NCBI RefSeq assembly: GCF_000315625.1
Contig: NW_005434616.1
Span: forward strand, 288,500 to 352,499
DNA from: Guillardia theta CCMP2712
Lineage: Eukaryota; Protista; Cryptophyta
Reading direction: 5' to 3'
Length of the DNA: 64,000 nt
Under the pieces are notes generated by a model. It worked only from the letters and a program-made list of their open reading frames with translations, ran no database searches and had not been told where the DNA came from. This document shows, one piece after another, positions 32,618 through 52,200 of this stretch; positions within the stretch are counted from its first letter, which is position 1; each line of letters opens with the position of its first letter. A program made the position numbers and the translations under genes.

Positions 32618-35264
32618 CTAGCCCTCCTCCTCCTCCGTCGGCGCGGACAGGATGCCGCCGAAGAGCATGTGCTGCATGACGGGGAACTTGTCCATGACCT
32701 CGGCGAAGAACATCTTGCACATGCCGTTGTTAACACGCTGTGAGAAGTGTGATCAGCTGGTGGAATGAGGGAGGGAGAGAGGACGAGGAAGAGCAGGAGG
32801 GAGAGGAGGGAGGGAGAGAGGACGAGGAAGAGCAGGAAGGGAGGAGGAGGAGGAGAAGGATGGGAGAGTAGAGGCCAAGGGGGGAGAGGTTGAGAGGAAG
32901 AAGGGGAAGTGGGGAGGGGGTGACTGGGAGGGAGGGAGAGGAGTGAGGGAGACGAGGGAGGAGACGAGCGAGGAGAGCAGGGAGGAGAGCAGGAGGAGAG
33001 CAGGAGGAGAGCAGGAGGGGGATGAGAGTAGTTGAGAGGAGAGGAAGGAGGGGGGGAGGAGGGAGGGAGAGGAGGGAGGGAGAGGAGGGGGAGAGAGAAA
33101 GTTGAGAGGAGGAGGAAGGAGGGGGGAGGAGGGAGGGAGACGGAGGGAGAGGAGAGGAGGGAGGAGAGGAGGGAGGAGAGGAGGGAGGAGAGAGATTTAC
33201 CTGCCAGGTGGCGATGGCGCTGATGTCATTGAGCATGGGAGAGTTCTCCGACAAGGAGCTGCGAAAGGGTCAACCATCGACTTGCCACAGGGGTCAACGC
33301 ACCCAGACTTGACTGTCCGGATGAACTGAACACAGTGGAAGTAGAAGTAGCTTGAGAGGTGATCAGCATCGCCAGGGCAGCCTGACAAGTCAAAGATACC
33401 TCTTTGCGTTGCTGTTGACCACCCAGTCTTCCTGATCCCAAGAGTGAGCAAAGGAAGGACAACTCCTCAATCCCAGATCCTCACGTGGATGGATGAAGGA
33501 AGGAGTGTAGGATGATTCATCAGCTGGACCCCCACCAAGTCAGCGTCGCTACTATCTGGCCTGCTGTGCAGTTCACCTGTGCTGATCCCCACAAGAAAGG
33601 GATGAACTGATAGTCGTCTAAACTCCAACATCTGCAACGATGCGTGTAAGAGGAGGCAGACTTGAGGAGAGTAGGGAAGAGGAAATTCTGACCTCGAGCC
33701 AACAGAGGAGAGGAGAGGAGAGGAGAGCGGAGAGGAGAGGAGAGCGGAGAGGAGAGGAGAGCGGAGAGGAGAGGAGAGGAGATGAGGCGGAGAGGGGGAA
33801 CGGCAGAGGGGGGGCAAGATGTCACCCGTGCGATCCCGCCGGTTCCAGTCGGTAGGCGAGCTGAAGTCTCCTGACAAGCTGAAGGTACTCCCAGAAGACA
33901 TTCAACGCGAGGGCGTCAGCGTCCTCCTCCTGCAAGGTTCCCTTCACCCTCAGCACTTCCATCTGTGCCTGCAGACCTTGAAGAAGTTGATCTTAGCCAA
34001 CAGGGCCAGGAAGCAGATGAACATCTGCCCCTGTATCAGTGCAGCTGCCTCCCAGCAGACTCTCTACCTGCTCGTGTCCTGTCCCGTAGTCGATGCGAGT
34101 CTTGTCCCCCAAGCTGTCAGGCCTCGATCAGCTGAGAGAAACAAGTCGCTGTTCCCTGACCTTCCAAGGAGGTAAGGAGTCGCCTCAATAGCTGCAGGTT
34201 TGATCTCATCCGGAAGCATTGCCTCCACCATCGTTGGAACTTCTTCAGCCGCCTTGTCCATCCAGTCCCTGCACAACGTCATATCTATCGTTTTCTCTAT
34301 CATCAACGGCATCAGCATCCTCAGCAGCTCCATCATCATCATCGTCACAACCACAACCACAATCACCACCATCATCTCCATCCTCATCCTCGTCAACACC
34401 ACCTGCACCACCTGCAACTCCACGGGGCCATGGAAGGCTAGACGCACCTGAAGGCCTTGTTTCCGTATCTCATTGGCTGTTTGATGGGAGGGATCTCGTC
34501 TACCCACGACGACATCGTCTTGAGCACCTCGATCACCTGCGCCACCATCAGCCACTAGCCGGGTCTCTCGAGCCAAGATCACCTTGGTACAAGGGGGAGA
34601 GAGCGTTCTGGGGTCGTCGATTTTCTGCTCTGCAGGTTAGATACGAGCTCGGAGCCATGGCAAGGGGGGAGGAGGGGGGGGAGCGGAGACATGGCCAGGA
34701 AGGAGGGAGGGAGGGAGGGAGAAGGAGGAAAGAGAAGATACCTTGCCCATACAGTTGTGATTCAATGAAAGAATAAACTCTTTGATGTTCTCGTAAGTCT
34801 TGCTCTTCTTGAACGTCTCAAGATCCTTGACGCGTGATGTCAACGTACAACGCCAGCATCTCCCCAACATCTCCCCCATCTCTCACCTGGTGCGTCTTGA
34901 TCCACTTGTAAGGAACTTTCAGCCCGTACGTCACGGGCTTTCCATCCTCCACGACCGACAGCTGCGCTACCTCTCTCCCCTCCCCTTCTTCCGTTGGAGG
35001 ATTTCCTGTTGCATCTACTGGCTCCGCGCCAGCCTCCCCCGGTCGAGATCCTCTTGCCTTGGCCAGCTTCTCTTCCAGTGAGAGCTGCTGAGGTTCAACT
35101 AGCCCGATCGACCATGGTGCCACTGTTGGCGACATGACGTCTCCCTTGGGCGGGACATTTTCACTGCTGGGGCTCCTGGCCCACGGGGCCGTCGTTGCGG
35201 GGATCGCAACATGCCGTGCTGACTTTCCCGCTTCTTCGTGCCTGTTTTCTCCACGATCTGCCAT
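32618..35264 (-). CDS. PTPA: Serine/threonine protein phosphatase 2A activator (PTPA/RRD), multi-exon
   Basis: WVDEIPPIKQPMRYGNKAFR, SFGDKTRIDYGTGHE, RLQLAYRLEPAGSHG, WSLDDYQFIPFLWGSAQL, ENSPMLNDISA, MFFAEVMDKFPVMQHMLFG. Confidence 0.95.
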
Positions 35265-36151
35265 ATCTGAGGATGAAAATCGTCAGAATCCTGTCATACT
35301 GAACGGCAAGAGGGCAGGAGTTGCACAGAAAGACTCCGGCGTGGTATGGCACCATAGCGATCAAACAAGCGAACAGGCACGATCATGAAGAGGAAGGGAG
35401 CTTTTGCACGATGCTGAGGATGCTGTTGAGGAGCAGAGGGTGGAAGAGCAACATCATAATGGGAGGACCAAGAAACTACAACGTATGCGACCCCCAAACT
35501 CAAAAACCAACAAATCCACCGTAGCACAAACAGTCACAAGTGTCAGATTGAAACCCAGCAGACAACCGTGTCCTCCTTCGTCCCCTGAAGGATCCTACCG
35601 TCCTCGTCCTTCTCCTCTCTCCTCTTCCCCCCTCCCCTCCCCTCCCCTCTCCCCATCCCCCAACGAGCGCATTCAATTCGCGTTCTGACCCTGTACTGCC
35701 ATTTCCTCTTCCTTTCCAGTGGCCCCATCCCACCTCATGACCTTGAACCTCGTCCCCGCTCGTATCCACCAGAGAACAGGCGCCATGCACGTGAAGTTTT
35801 GCAAACAGAAACGCGATGGAGAGGAGAAGAGAGCAGCACAGCACAGCACAGCACAGCACAGCACAGCACAGCACAGCACAGCACAGCACATGGGACAGGA
35901 CAGGACAGGACAGGACAGGACAGGACAGGACAGGACAGGACAGGACAGATAGGCCAGGATAGACATGGGACCGAGCAAGCAGGGCAAGACTGGGGAGGGG
36001 GATTGAAGGTGGAAGAATAGAAGAAGCGAGGATGATGGAGAGTAGGTGGGGGCATGTAGATATGAGAGATGAGAGCAAGGGCAGAAGAGAGGAGCGAGGA
36101 CAGAAAGCTTGTTGAACCGATACAGCCTAGCCTCACGTGACTTCAGGGAAG

Positions 36152-36634
36152 ATGGGCAAGCGACCTCGTGCGGACAAGCGGAAACAGAAAGTGAAATCAG
36201 CCGGCCATGCTGAAGACTCTTCGTCTCACCGCGTAATAGGTCCATCACCATCGTAACATTGTTGACAAGTCATGCAGGGAAGAAATTCCAGGGGGCGGCC
36301 AGCAGAGAAGAAGCGCAAAGTTGAAGAACGTGAGAAGAACTCTTCTCTCCTGCTCGCTACGTTCTGACTCAAGATCACTTCAGCAGAGCCGTTGCAGAAA
36401 CCAGAGAGAACGGTCGAGGCAGATAAGGATGAAGTTTGCCCTAAACGAGGATGCAACTTTATTGAGATCTCAGAAAAGCGACTGCAGTCCCGCCTTCTGT
36501 ACCCCAACCCTGTCTCGTTCCTGTGCTCCCTGGTCCCTCAGTCCCTCAAGGATGCGAACATTGACGATGAAGGGGAGGAGGAGGAGGAGGAGGAGGCTCA
36601 GATGGAACCTGCAGATGGAGAGGCCAAGGAGGAG

Positions 36635-36693
<59 letters not shown>

Positions 36694-38180
36694 GGACGGG
36701 AAGGATGCAGGTTCAAAGCTGCCAGACAAGAATGTCATGGTCCTCTCTTGGCTGACCCCAATCAACAACGAGGTTGTGCATAANNNNNNNNNNNNNNNNN
36801 NNNNNNNNNNNNNNNNNNNNNNNNNNNNNNNNNNNNNNNNNNNNNNNNNNNNNNNNNNNNNNNNNNNNNNNNNNNNNNNNNNNNNNNNNNNNNNNNNNNN
36901 NNNNNNNNNNNNNNNNNNNNNNNNNNNNNNNNNNNNNNNNNNNNNNNNNNNNNNNNNNNNNTCCCTCCCCTCCCCTCCCCTCCCCTCCCCTCCCCCTCCC
37001 CTCCCTCCCTCCCTCCCCTCCCCTCCTTCCCAACTCCTTCTCCTCCCCTCCCCTCCTCGTTCCCTCACCCCTCGTCCTTCCCATTCCCCTCCCACATTGC
37101 CCTTCCTCTCTCGTTCCCGCCCGTCCCTCCGCCTTTCCATGCTCCCTCCCATCCTGCTCTTCCCTTGACATTTTCCTCTCCAACTCACTTGTATTCAGGG
37201 AGATTTTGTCTTCGCAATCCACAAGAGGAGATTTTCTTCCTCCTGCATCAAGACTCGCCGACTTTTTTCCCTCAGCATCCCAGCACGCAACATGGAGGAC
37301 GTCGTGCTTGCCGTGGGTAAGGTGACGGGCAAGCGACAGGACAAGTTTGCAGGATCCATCCCAAAGCTGCTGCCGGTCGAGCTCGGCTCCGACAAGAGCT
37401 CGAGGAGCAAGGGGAAGGAGGAAGCTGGCGGGAAGGAGAACCCGTTCCATGCCCTTGAGGAGGAAGAGGAGAAGGCAGGAGACGGCGGTGAGCTGACTGA
37501 TGGAGATATTCTCGTGCCCTGAAAGACTTTTTCTCCTCAACTAGGTGCGGGCAAGGAGGAGGAGGAGGAGGAGGAGGAGGAGGAGGACAGGTGCTTCAAC
37601 AAGGAGTTTGCCATCCAGGGATGTGTGGCGCATGTCGAGTGCAAGGCAGGAGGAGGCGCGAGGGAGAGAGAGGACATTTTTATGACTGCCCTTCAGGTGC
37701 TGGACATCTCCGACGCTGATGACAAGCATCATCTTGTCAAAGCCTCCATCCTGAGGTCTTCTCCTCTCCCCCTCCCTCCTTTTTCCATGCTGCCTGCTAC
37801 CTGCCTGCCTGCTTCCTCGTTCCTCGTTCCTCCTGCCTCCTCTCTCTCCTTCACTGCTTATGCTTGCTCCACCTCTAATTCTGCGAGCAGAGCTTGGGTT
37901 CATCCTCAATACTGGAACGAGAAACATTTCACTCCCACAGGTCCTGCCTTGCACAACTCTGCTGCTTCAGCTCCTCCTCCTCCTCCTCCTCCTCCTCCTC
38001 CTCCTCCTCCCTCCCTCCCTCCCTCCCTGTCCTTCCCCTGCTCATCCTGCTCCCCTTCCTGACGCTGTTGCCTCCCTTGCTGCCTTTTCTTCTTTCCTCG
38101 CGCTGAGCTTCACTGCAGACGACAAGCTCCCCCCCCTCCTCTCCTTCCTCGGAGCATCGAGATTCGCCAGCGTCAGATGA
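36152..38180 (+). CDS. Multi-exon hypothetical protein, basic N-terminus (NLS-like) and acidic tracts; N-gap inside
   Basis: MGKRPRADKRKQK, KKRKVEE, LPDKNVMVLSWLTPINNE, EDVVLAVGKVTGK, FAIQGCVAHVECK..LQVLDISDADDKHHLVKASILR, DDKLPPLLSFLGASRFASVR*. Confidence 0.55.
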
Positions 38181-38219
38181 AGTCTCAGACTTGTTTTTGC
38201 GATGCTGATAAAGGAGAGA

Positions 38220-44569
<6,350 letters not shown>

Positions 44570-44619
44570 GGGAGCTTACGCACATCAACAAGCATTACAA
44601 ACTATGAAAGTTTGACAGG

Positions 44620-44810
44620 TAGGGGTTGGCCCAACTCCCCTAATTAAGGACGGGCCAGCCCCTCACAGGTACGGAGGGTGTGGGGGTGGGGTGGGGTGGG
44701 GTGATAGTACCCTCCATTTTCCAAACATAAAAGGGATGTGGAGGGTAGGGTAATTGAGGAGGAGGGGTGAGAGGAAAGGTGCTAATAGAGGGTGGAAGTT
44801 TGTGCAGACA
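44620..44810. promoter_or_regulatory. G-run tract in a divergent intergenic region
   Basis: gggggtggggtggggtggggtg, gggtagggt; lies between the 44569 (-) start and the ~45239 (+) gene. Confidence 0.4.
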
Positions 44811-44891
44811 TGCAAGAGCCGCTTCGGGTGACGTTGCCGGGGGCGATGGATGCGAGAAGATGAGAAGGGAGGAGAGGGATACGAGATGAGA

Positions 44892-45000
44892 ATGCTCTGA
44901 TGTAACATGTTCGATCTTGTTCGATCTTGAGGATGCTCTGATGTAACATGTTCGATCTTGTTCGATCTTGAGGATGCCCTGATGTAACATGTTCAATCTC
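44892..45000. repeat. 41-bp tandem repeat x~2.6 with an internal 10-bp repeat and AACATGTT palindrome
   Basis: atgctctgatgtaacatgttcgatcttgttcgatcttgagg at 44892, 44933 and 44974. Confidence 0.9.
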
Positions 45001-45238
45001 TCAGAACATGCTCTTTCATGATACCCCGGTCCAGCTCACCATACTGTGTCACATTGAAGTCCATTCGAATAGAATTGCAAATCCAATGAGAAGATTAGAA
45101 TCACTTGCTCCATGTGTTCTCATAGCCCTTTCCCGGATTCACAGTCATTTGATAATATCATGGAGGAAGCATGATACGGTCACTAAAGCCCTTCTTTGCA
45201 GTTTGTTTTCAGCACGATTATATTTCGCAGGGGAAGCA

Positions 45239-46393
45239 ATGAACAGAGAAATTAAGCTGGTTCTGTTGTTGTTGTTGTTTTCCACCATTCATCTTACCTG
45301 TTTCTGAAGGTATTTGTCGACGTGTATCGGTGGGCAAGGTATTGCATCCCCTTCAACTGTCATGTCTTGACCGTGGTCGGGTAGATCGAACAATTACGAG
45401 CCGACGGAACCTGAGGTTCATATGCTACGTGATGCAACTTCAAGTATCCGGACGTTTGCCATGGCTGGCATATTTGGCTCCGGCGCTCTTGCTTTTGCAG
45501 CTATCCAGAGGAATCTGCCAAAAATTGCGAGGGTGAGTGCGACGTTGCTGAGTTGGTGCAAGAAACTCAACCGATCTTTGCCTCCGAGTGAGCTGATTGA
45601 AGTGCAGTGGCAAAAGGCAACCTGGATAGTATCCGTTGGTGCCCTGGGGGGTTATGCTGGAATTCACTTTGCAGGGCCGAGTAAGTCCATATCTTATCTA
45701 GGACAAGAAAAGGAGATCCTAAGATATCGAACCAGACTGTCTCAAGAAACTCGTACTGCTGCCAGATTCGAAGCTGGCAGACGAAGCTCGTCGCATGTAA
45801 TGGGAACTCATCCTCAAGGGGGCTTTTGTGCTGACTGCTTGGATTAGTGTGTTGGAAAGGAGGTCGTCGATCCCGAATGCGGAGAGTTTGATAAGGAACT
45901 TCCCGATCCGCAAGTTCGAGGAGGATATCGGTCTCTTGTGCATCTTTTGGACTCTGTGTAGTTTCTAACAGAGCATTTTTCAGAGGAGCCCAGGAAGTTT
46001 TCGTCGTTTGCGCCTGACGGATCATTGGCTGAAGGTAAACCTAGCACCGCTGATGAGGATTCCAAGCCGGCAGAAACGTCGAAGGCACATAACAGGTTAT
46101 CATGCAAATGGTATCGTTGACGATTCCTAATTACTTGTGCAACCAGGATGCATGCAAGGCATTCCGAGAGACAAAACCGATGGACTGAAGATTTTCATCG
46201 CAATCCACATCCTCGCCATGGCCAAACTAAACCCGATGCCTCCAATGCGACACCAGAGCAACAACAGAAATTTCGTCCGGATCAGTTCGACCCGTACCAG
46301 GGAGTAACCCAGGAGGCGAAGGAGTCAGCATGGTTCGACCAGGATGGGAGCAAAACCTCTCAGAAGACAAACCAATACGGAGATCCAGTCTGA
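45239..46393 (+). CDS. Multi-exon hypothetical small membrane protein (2 TM) ending ...KTNQYGDPV*
   Basis: FAMAGIFGSGALAFAAI and WIVSVGALGGYAGIHFAG hydrophobic segments. C-terminal N[QK]YGD resembles OCIA-like membrane proteins (weak). Start uncertain. Confidence 0.5.
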
Positions 46394-46439
46394 GCAAGCT
46401 GACACAAAAAAAAGAAACGAGCGGAAGCTTGCTATGTCA

Positions 46440-48050
46440 GTACATAGCTGTGGATAAACAAATCTCTTGCTCCAGCCAGCTTCAAAAAAGCTGTAAAACT
46501 AGCACGCGATTCTCTTAAGCGGCCTTCCCTCCCCCTTGCGACGAGTGCCTCCCATGATTCCCCGGGGTAGTCATGGTGCTGCTACTCAACTAGACTACAC
46601 TCTTGTATGATCCGGCGGAGGTGCTGTAAGCTTTTTCGCGCTCGTGTCTTGCGATCCTCCTTTATCATCTATCGTCCGACTCCCCGCCTCCCTCCTCCTC
46701 CCAGCGAAGGCGCTGGAGGCCCTGGATGTAGGCGATGGCAGCGTGGAGGCGGGCGAGCTGGAGGGGCTTGGAAGAAGACTCATCAGGCGAGACTGAGCTC
46801 TTCTGATCAATCGTCATCGGACGTTAAAATTCACCAGCTGATCTCCGCATTTTCAGCTCCAGCAATTCCTAAATGTCGCCTGCTGTATGTGCTTCCCAGT
46901 TTGAAGGGTTCAATGTCGAATGTAAGCTTCATCCATGTTGGCAATAGGAACACTAGGACCAATCTAAATGTCCACTTGCTTTTCGAAGAGATGCAAAAGT
47001 AACAAGTATGTAGGCACAAACTGTACATCTAGCACTCGACAGAAAGTGACCTGCTATTTGTGTTCAGACCGTTTTTCAGATGCTCCGCATCTCATAAAGC
47101 TTCTGGTTGGTCTACGGCTTTGAGTTGATCCCCATCCACTAGTATCGCGGTTGGTTGTTCCCCATCTAGGTATACAGGTTCTAGCGATCGGAGTCGACTG
47201 CATCATCCACTGGCGCCCCTGCTGTCTCGAGTCCGACCAAAAAGTCCACCTGCTTGCCCAGCTCTTGAGCCACGCTGTCTCGAAAAACTCTCGTATGCAT
47301 CATAACACTTTGTGCAACAACCGATTAAGACAAACAAGAACTTGAGGCCGATCAGAATCCAAACAACTATCATCATTCCATGCATGGTAGACAACGACGG
47401 TGACTGAAGAAAGAGGGGAAGCACTTGAACTGAAACAACAGCTTCAGAATTTTTTTAGTATGAGTTGTACTACCTACAAATCTCATTCTAAAAGGGTACC
47501 GTGTATACTTGTAAATACAGCTTGACAGCTTGCTGAATCCGGTCTAGGATTCGAAGGTGGGGCCTGTTGGCTCCTTCAGGCTGCTGCCTTGGTGCTGGGT
47601 CGACACCGACGGGAAGCTGCTACCTTGCTGGGTTCGCAATCAGGCGAGGGGGAGGAGGAGGCAGGGAGGCAGATGGTGCATGAGAAAGGAGGATCACGAG
47701 ACACGAGCGTGAGAGTGGATCACGCGAGACCAGGTCGTGAGACGCAACCATGAAGCCGAGGGTAGTGCGGAGGCGGCTGTGGCCGTTGACTTGCACGTGT
47801 AAAGGACGATCTCAGGCCTCTTAGCGAGTACACGCGCACAGGTGTCAAACACACAAAGCGCTCTAAGAGCTACTTGCACTCTTCACGGCAACCCTCAGGC
47901 AGTCTGCTCTCTCCTTGCGACGAGTGCCTCCCACGACCCCCCAGGGTAGTCACGGTGCCGCTGCTCAGACAGCCCTTACTTCAAAGCCTTGAGGGTCGCA
48001 GCGGTTCTGGACTTGTACGTCGGTTGCTATGAGCAGAGAAGGACTAAAAA
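46440..48050 (-). mobile_element. Cluster of degenerate repeat relics (probable non-LTR retrotransposon fragments)
   Basis: A ~60-bp diverged duplicate at 46535-46590 and 47912-47970 encodes DYPG[EG]SWEALVAR. PLQLARLHAAIAYIQGL is shared with the ~29800 relic. FMVASHDL is present. Many stops. Confidence 0.5.
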
Positions 48051-48363
48051 GGACGGAGATCATTATGTCAAGGTCGGCCGGCCGAGGACTACTGTTGAGA
48101 TCCTACTAATAAACATCTCCAGCATCGTCAGCAGCTTTTAAATCTTTGATAACCTTCAATCCTCGAAATTCCCTCAATCATCATCATAATGGGTGTAAGG
48201 CATCAACCTTTGTTTTCCTCTTCTCCTCCCCTCACTGCCTCTGCCTCTGCCTCTGCCTCTGCCTCTGCCTCTGCCTCTGCCTCACGTTCAACATTCCTCG
48301 TCTTCTGCCTCTCTCTCACTCCTTCCCGCTCCTTCTCCTTGTCTGCATACAGCATCATGCCAA

Positions 48364-51300
48364 CTAGAAGCACAGCCAGCCACCCTCACCTGCCGCTCTT
48401 CCTCCCATGACATTCTCCTGCGTCGGCCTGGATCTCCTCCTCTTCTGCAGCATTTGCTGTAAAGGACATCAGTGGCTAGTCTGCCTGCTCCTCTCCTATC
48501 ACCTCATAATGCGGGATCTCCTTCAGAATGTACTCAAAGTCCCTGCTCAAGCTCACTGTCAGGGAATCGTGAGTCGGAGGGCAAACCAGAGCACCAGTGC
48601 TTTCCCCTGTGCCCCGAACGGAGAGCCTTCTCGTATCCCTTGTCTATGGGGCACGAGCGACTGGCTTTGAAGGCCTGGGCGACAAAAGCCATGGGAACAA
48701 CCTCAACGGAAAGTGAGCAAGAAACAGAGATGCGGAAAGAGGAGGTAGGTAAGAAGACAGAGATGCTGAAAGGAGCGGAGGATAGAAAGGTTGATTGAAA
48801 GGGATGCCATTTTGAGAAGAGAGACGAAGGGGCATCGGAGGTCTACCAAGGTTGGCCGGGCGCTTCTTTTGCGTAGGAGGTACCAAGTCTCGTTGTTTAT
48901 CCTATAGTGCATGTAGCTGAAGAAAAACGTCAGCAGAACACCAGCACAGTCCCCGTCACCTCACCCGAACATGTCGACGAAATTGACGTCCTCTGCCTTA
49001 ACTGTACAATATTCACAACATCCAGGGGAGCCACCCCCCTCCCCTGCTGCAGCAACTGCATCTTGCTCCTGGCTCCCCTGCAGGGCCTCTCCCTCCTTCT
49101 CCATAACGCGGTCCATCACTGCGTCCACGAGGGAAGAGAGGATCGCTGAGATCGCCTGCTGGTCGTCCGTCCCACCCTCCTCCCTTTCTGTCAAGCAGAC
49201 ACTGCATGAGCCGGATGGCTGCTGGACTCCTGCTGCATGAGCGGTGGCCTCCGAAGAGAAAGGCTGGAGGCGGAGGGAAGTCAACGAGCACGAAGAATAG
49301 AACACAAACAACGTCATCGAGGACAGGATTGATGTGAGACAAGTGAGATCGAGGAGGAGGGAGCGCGAGGACATGATATCAGCAGCACAGACCTCCGAGT
49401 TTTCTCTCTTGTGGTCTTTGCAACCTTTCTTGGACGGGTAGAGCCTGTCGAGAGAAGCCTGGAAGGACTCATGCGAGTTGAAGTGATAGTAAGTGATGAA
49501 GGATCCCCTGAGAGCAAACGAGTGTCAACAACAAGGGGAGTTGATGAGTTTCGTTATCAGAAAGGCGAAAGATAGGCGAGAGATGTTGTAAAAGCATAAC
49601 AAGGATGTCAGCATCTGAGCACCATTACCGAATAGCATGAGCGGTTCTAGAGTGGCATAAGATCGGATACCATGCAACTGCAAACCTGCAAGTGAGTCAG
49701 GTAGTGGAACATACATGTTTCCTCCTCTCACCATGAGCGTTCGAGCACAAGATCGTCGTTGCTGATTTCCATCAGGATGTGCGATAGCAGCTCCTCTTCC
49801 CTCTCGCCCTCCTGCACCGATAGGGTCAGCAACGAGTCAGAACCGTGGAGCTTGCAGACGGAGACATCACCGTCTTCAAAGAAGGCAGCTCCAGCATCCC
49901 ATCATACAAGGGAGGTCGTTCTCCAGGGCTTCTCTCCTCGTAGAACTACGGCCCCTCTGTCAGCTCCCGCGTGAAACGCGCATGCTCCCGCCCTCACCTC
50001 GAAGACTGCTTCGCTCTGCGTGTCGCCAGATGAGGCTGCAGAACGTGGCCGGTAAGCTTTCGTGTCTTCACCATCATACATCAGCCTACCGCCGTCACCT
50101 CCTTTCCTCGTCTGCCTTCCGTCTTTGCCTGCTCTCTTCTCCTGCTCGTCCCGCAACTCGCCTGGCGAACCTTCTGCCATTGAAAAGTGAGTCTCGACAT
50201 GCCGCCTGACCTCGCAGGCCTACTTTGAACATGTCGGTCAGTGAGCGGCTGGCCGCTGTCCTGCTCCCCCTTGGAACTCTGCGTTGTGGGCCCGCTCACA
50301 GCAGAAGCATATGAGTACTTGGGACAAGACGATCCCTGTCCTCGATCGCGAGGCCGCCCGCCAGAGTTTGAGCCGTCCCCCCCTCCCTCCATCCCAGCAT
50401 CCTCATACGGGTTGATGCCTCCTTGTGTCGCCATCTGGGCAGACACTCGACTAGCCCATGAGAGCGAAGCAGCTTCCTCCCTCCTCTGCTGAGCCTCCAG
50501 CGCCTGATGACCAACATCATGCGCGATCGCGGAACAGTTCCACTCTCACCAGCTTAGCAGCTTTGATCTCCTCCTCTCGTCTTTGCTTGATCTCAGCGAG
50601 CTCGACACATAGGGGATAACTCGGTGAGTCCTTGCGAACAAACAACTGCACGTAGGCGAAAAGAGTCAACAGGAGCAAAGGTGCTGGCAAGTTAAGAACA
50701 AAGGAGAAAAGAAAACACTGGAGTTAAACAAAGAAGACAGACAGCACCGACCTTGATCGCAGACAGGTGAGGCACGTAGAATGCTGGCGTGATCTCTGCA
50801 GCAACATGGTGCGTCTTCCCATACAGCAATCATTCTTGCGCAGACGACGGACAAAAACCAACCTGAGTGGTCGAACTTTTCAGGAGGATGGGAACTTCAA
50901 CCCCGTAAGGCTTGTCGAACCATTCCCACAGCTGCCTCAGACTAGCACAAGGACTCAACAACAAGAATCCACAGGTTTCCTCCTCGTTGCAGACCTGAAA
51001 CTTCCCTTGGGCACCTTTGGGACAACCGCCTGAAGGAAGAAATAGATGTTCTCTTCTGCAGCACCCGACTGTTTAGGATGCAATCGGCACAATCATGACA
51101 GCAGAACACCTGATGTTGGTTTCCCGTCTTTGTTGATGTATTTCTGATTTGATCGAGCATTACATCAACACCAAAAGATGAAACACCCCACCTTCCGCGA
51201 TGCATTCAAACCAGAGGTTGTGGTGTCGACCGAGGTCGTGTGCGAGGTTTCAGAAATATCGTCAGGCCTGATATCTCCCGACCCCCTCACTCCCTGCGAT

Positions 51301-52200
51301 CTCGTGTACTCTGCATTCTGGATCTGGATGAACTGGTTCAAAGACGTTGACCCGGTCGTCTTGGTGACAGCTTCCGTCTCTTCCTGCGACACCTGCTCTG
51401 CTGTACCTCTCTCTCCCTCGAATGATCGGATCTCCTTGTTCTCTGCGAGGAAGAGCTCCTCGTGCGGATCCGACTGGATCATCCGACCCCTCCAGCGCTC
51501 TCAAGCGGCCCAGCAGTCACGGAGCTCCGGGTCCCATCTACAAGCACCGTCAGGAGGGAGTATTTGTGTGATCCACGGAGCCCCAGCCATTCTTGCGCAT
51601 ATCGGTATCATCATGCACACACTACCTCGAATCTATCAGATTCATTCTACCTCCCTCCCTGGTCTTCTCACATACCGCTACAAACTGCATGAGTTAGCGC
51701 TCCAAAAGACTCACATTCTCCCGACTCCCTTCCAGCCAAGGAAGCCGCGTCAATCCCCGCAACTCTCACTCTTCCCTGCAGCAATCTCCCACTTTCTTCT
51801 CTTAGTCACTCAGTTTCTCCTCGCTGTCCCTTCATCTGTCCCACTTTCTTCTCTTAGTCACTCAGTTTCTCCTCGCTGTCCCTTCATCTGTCCCACTTTC
51901 TTCTCTTAGTCACTCAGTTTCTCCTCGCTGTCTCTTCATCTGTCCCACTTTCTTCTCTTAGTCACTCAGTTTCTCCTCGCTGTCTCTTCATCTGTCCTAC
52001 TTTCTTCTCTTAGTCACTCAGTTTCTCCTCGCTGTCTCTTCATCTTCTCCATCGCCTGCATGCCTGGTCGCTCTCAAGGCGAGCCGATCCTTGTGCAATT
52101 TTTGCCCTGTCAGCTGCGCGGCTCTCCTTCTGCTCCTCTCGCCTTCTCCACCTCCCTGCTTCTCTGCCTCCTCCTCCTCCCTCACCGCATTCAGCTGTCC
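48364..52200 (-). CDS. Large multi-exon hypothetical protein
   Basis: Chain of minus-strand exons with GT-AG boundaries (IQSDPHEELFLAEN.., SPSYPLCVELAEIKQRREEE.., AISAILSSLVDAVMDRV.., YRINNETWYLLRKRS.., RDFEYILKEIPHYE). No recognisable domain. Confidence 0.5.
51788..52045. repeat. 52-bp minisatellite x~5
   Basis: cttagtcactcagtttctcctcgctgtc[ct]cttcatctgtcccactttcttct units at 51801, 51853, 51905, 51957 and 52009. Confidence 0.95.

Noticed and set aside
35321-35952. Small gene between PTPA and the 36152 gene
   Set aside because: Splice-like signals exist, but I could not build a consistent reading frame with a credible start.
46535-46590. Structured ncRNA or SECIS-like hairpin repeated at 47912-47970
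   Set aside because: A short stem can be drawn, but there is no convincing SECIS core or adjacent selenoprotein. Shared peptide DYPGxSWEALVAR within degenerate coding relics explains it better.
51788-52045. Possible CRISPR array (also 44892-45000 and 44204-44460)
   Set aside because: The units are head-to-tail with no unique spacers, there are no cas genes, and the context is eukaryotic.
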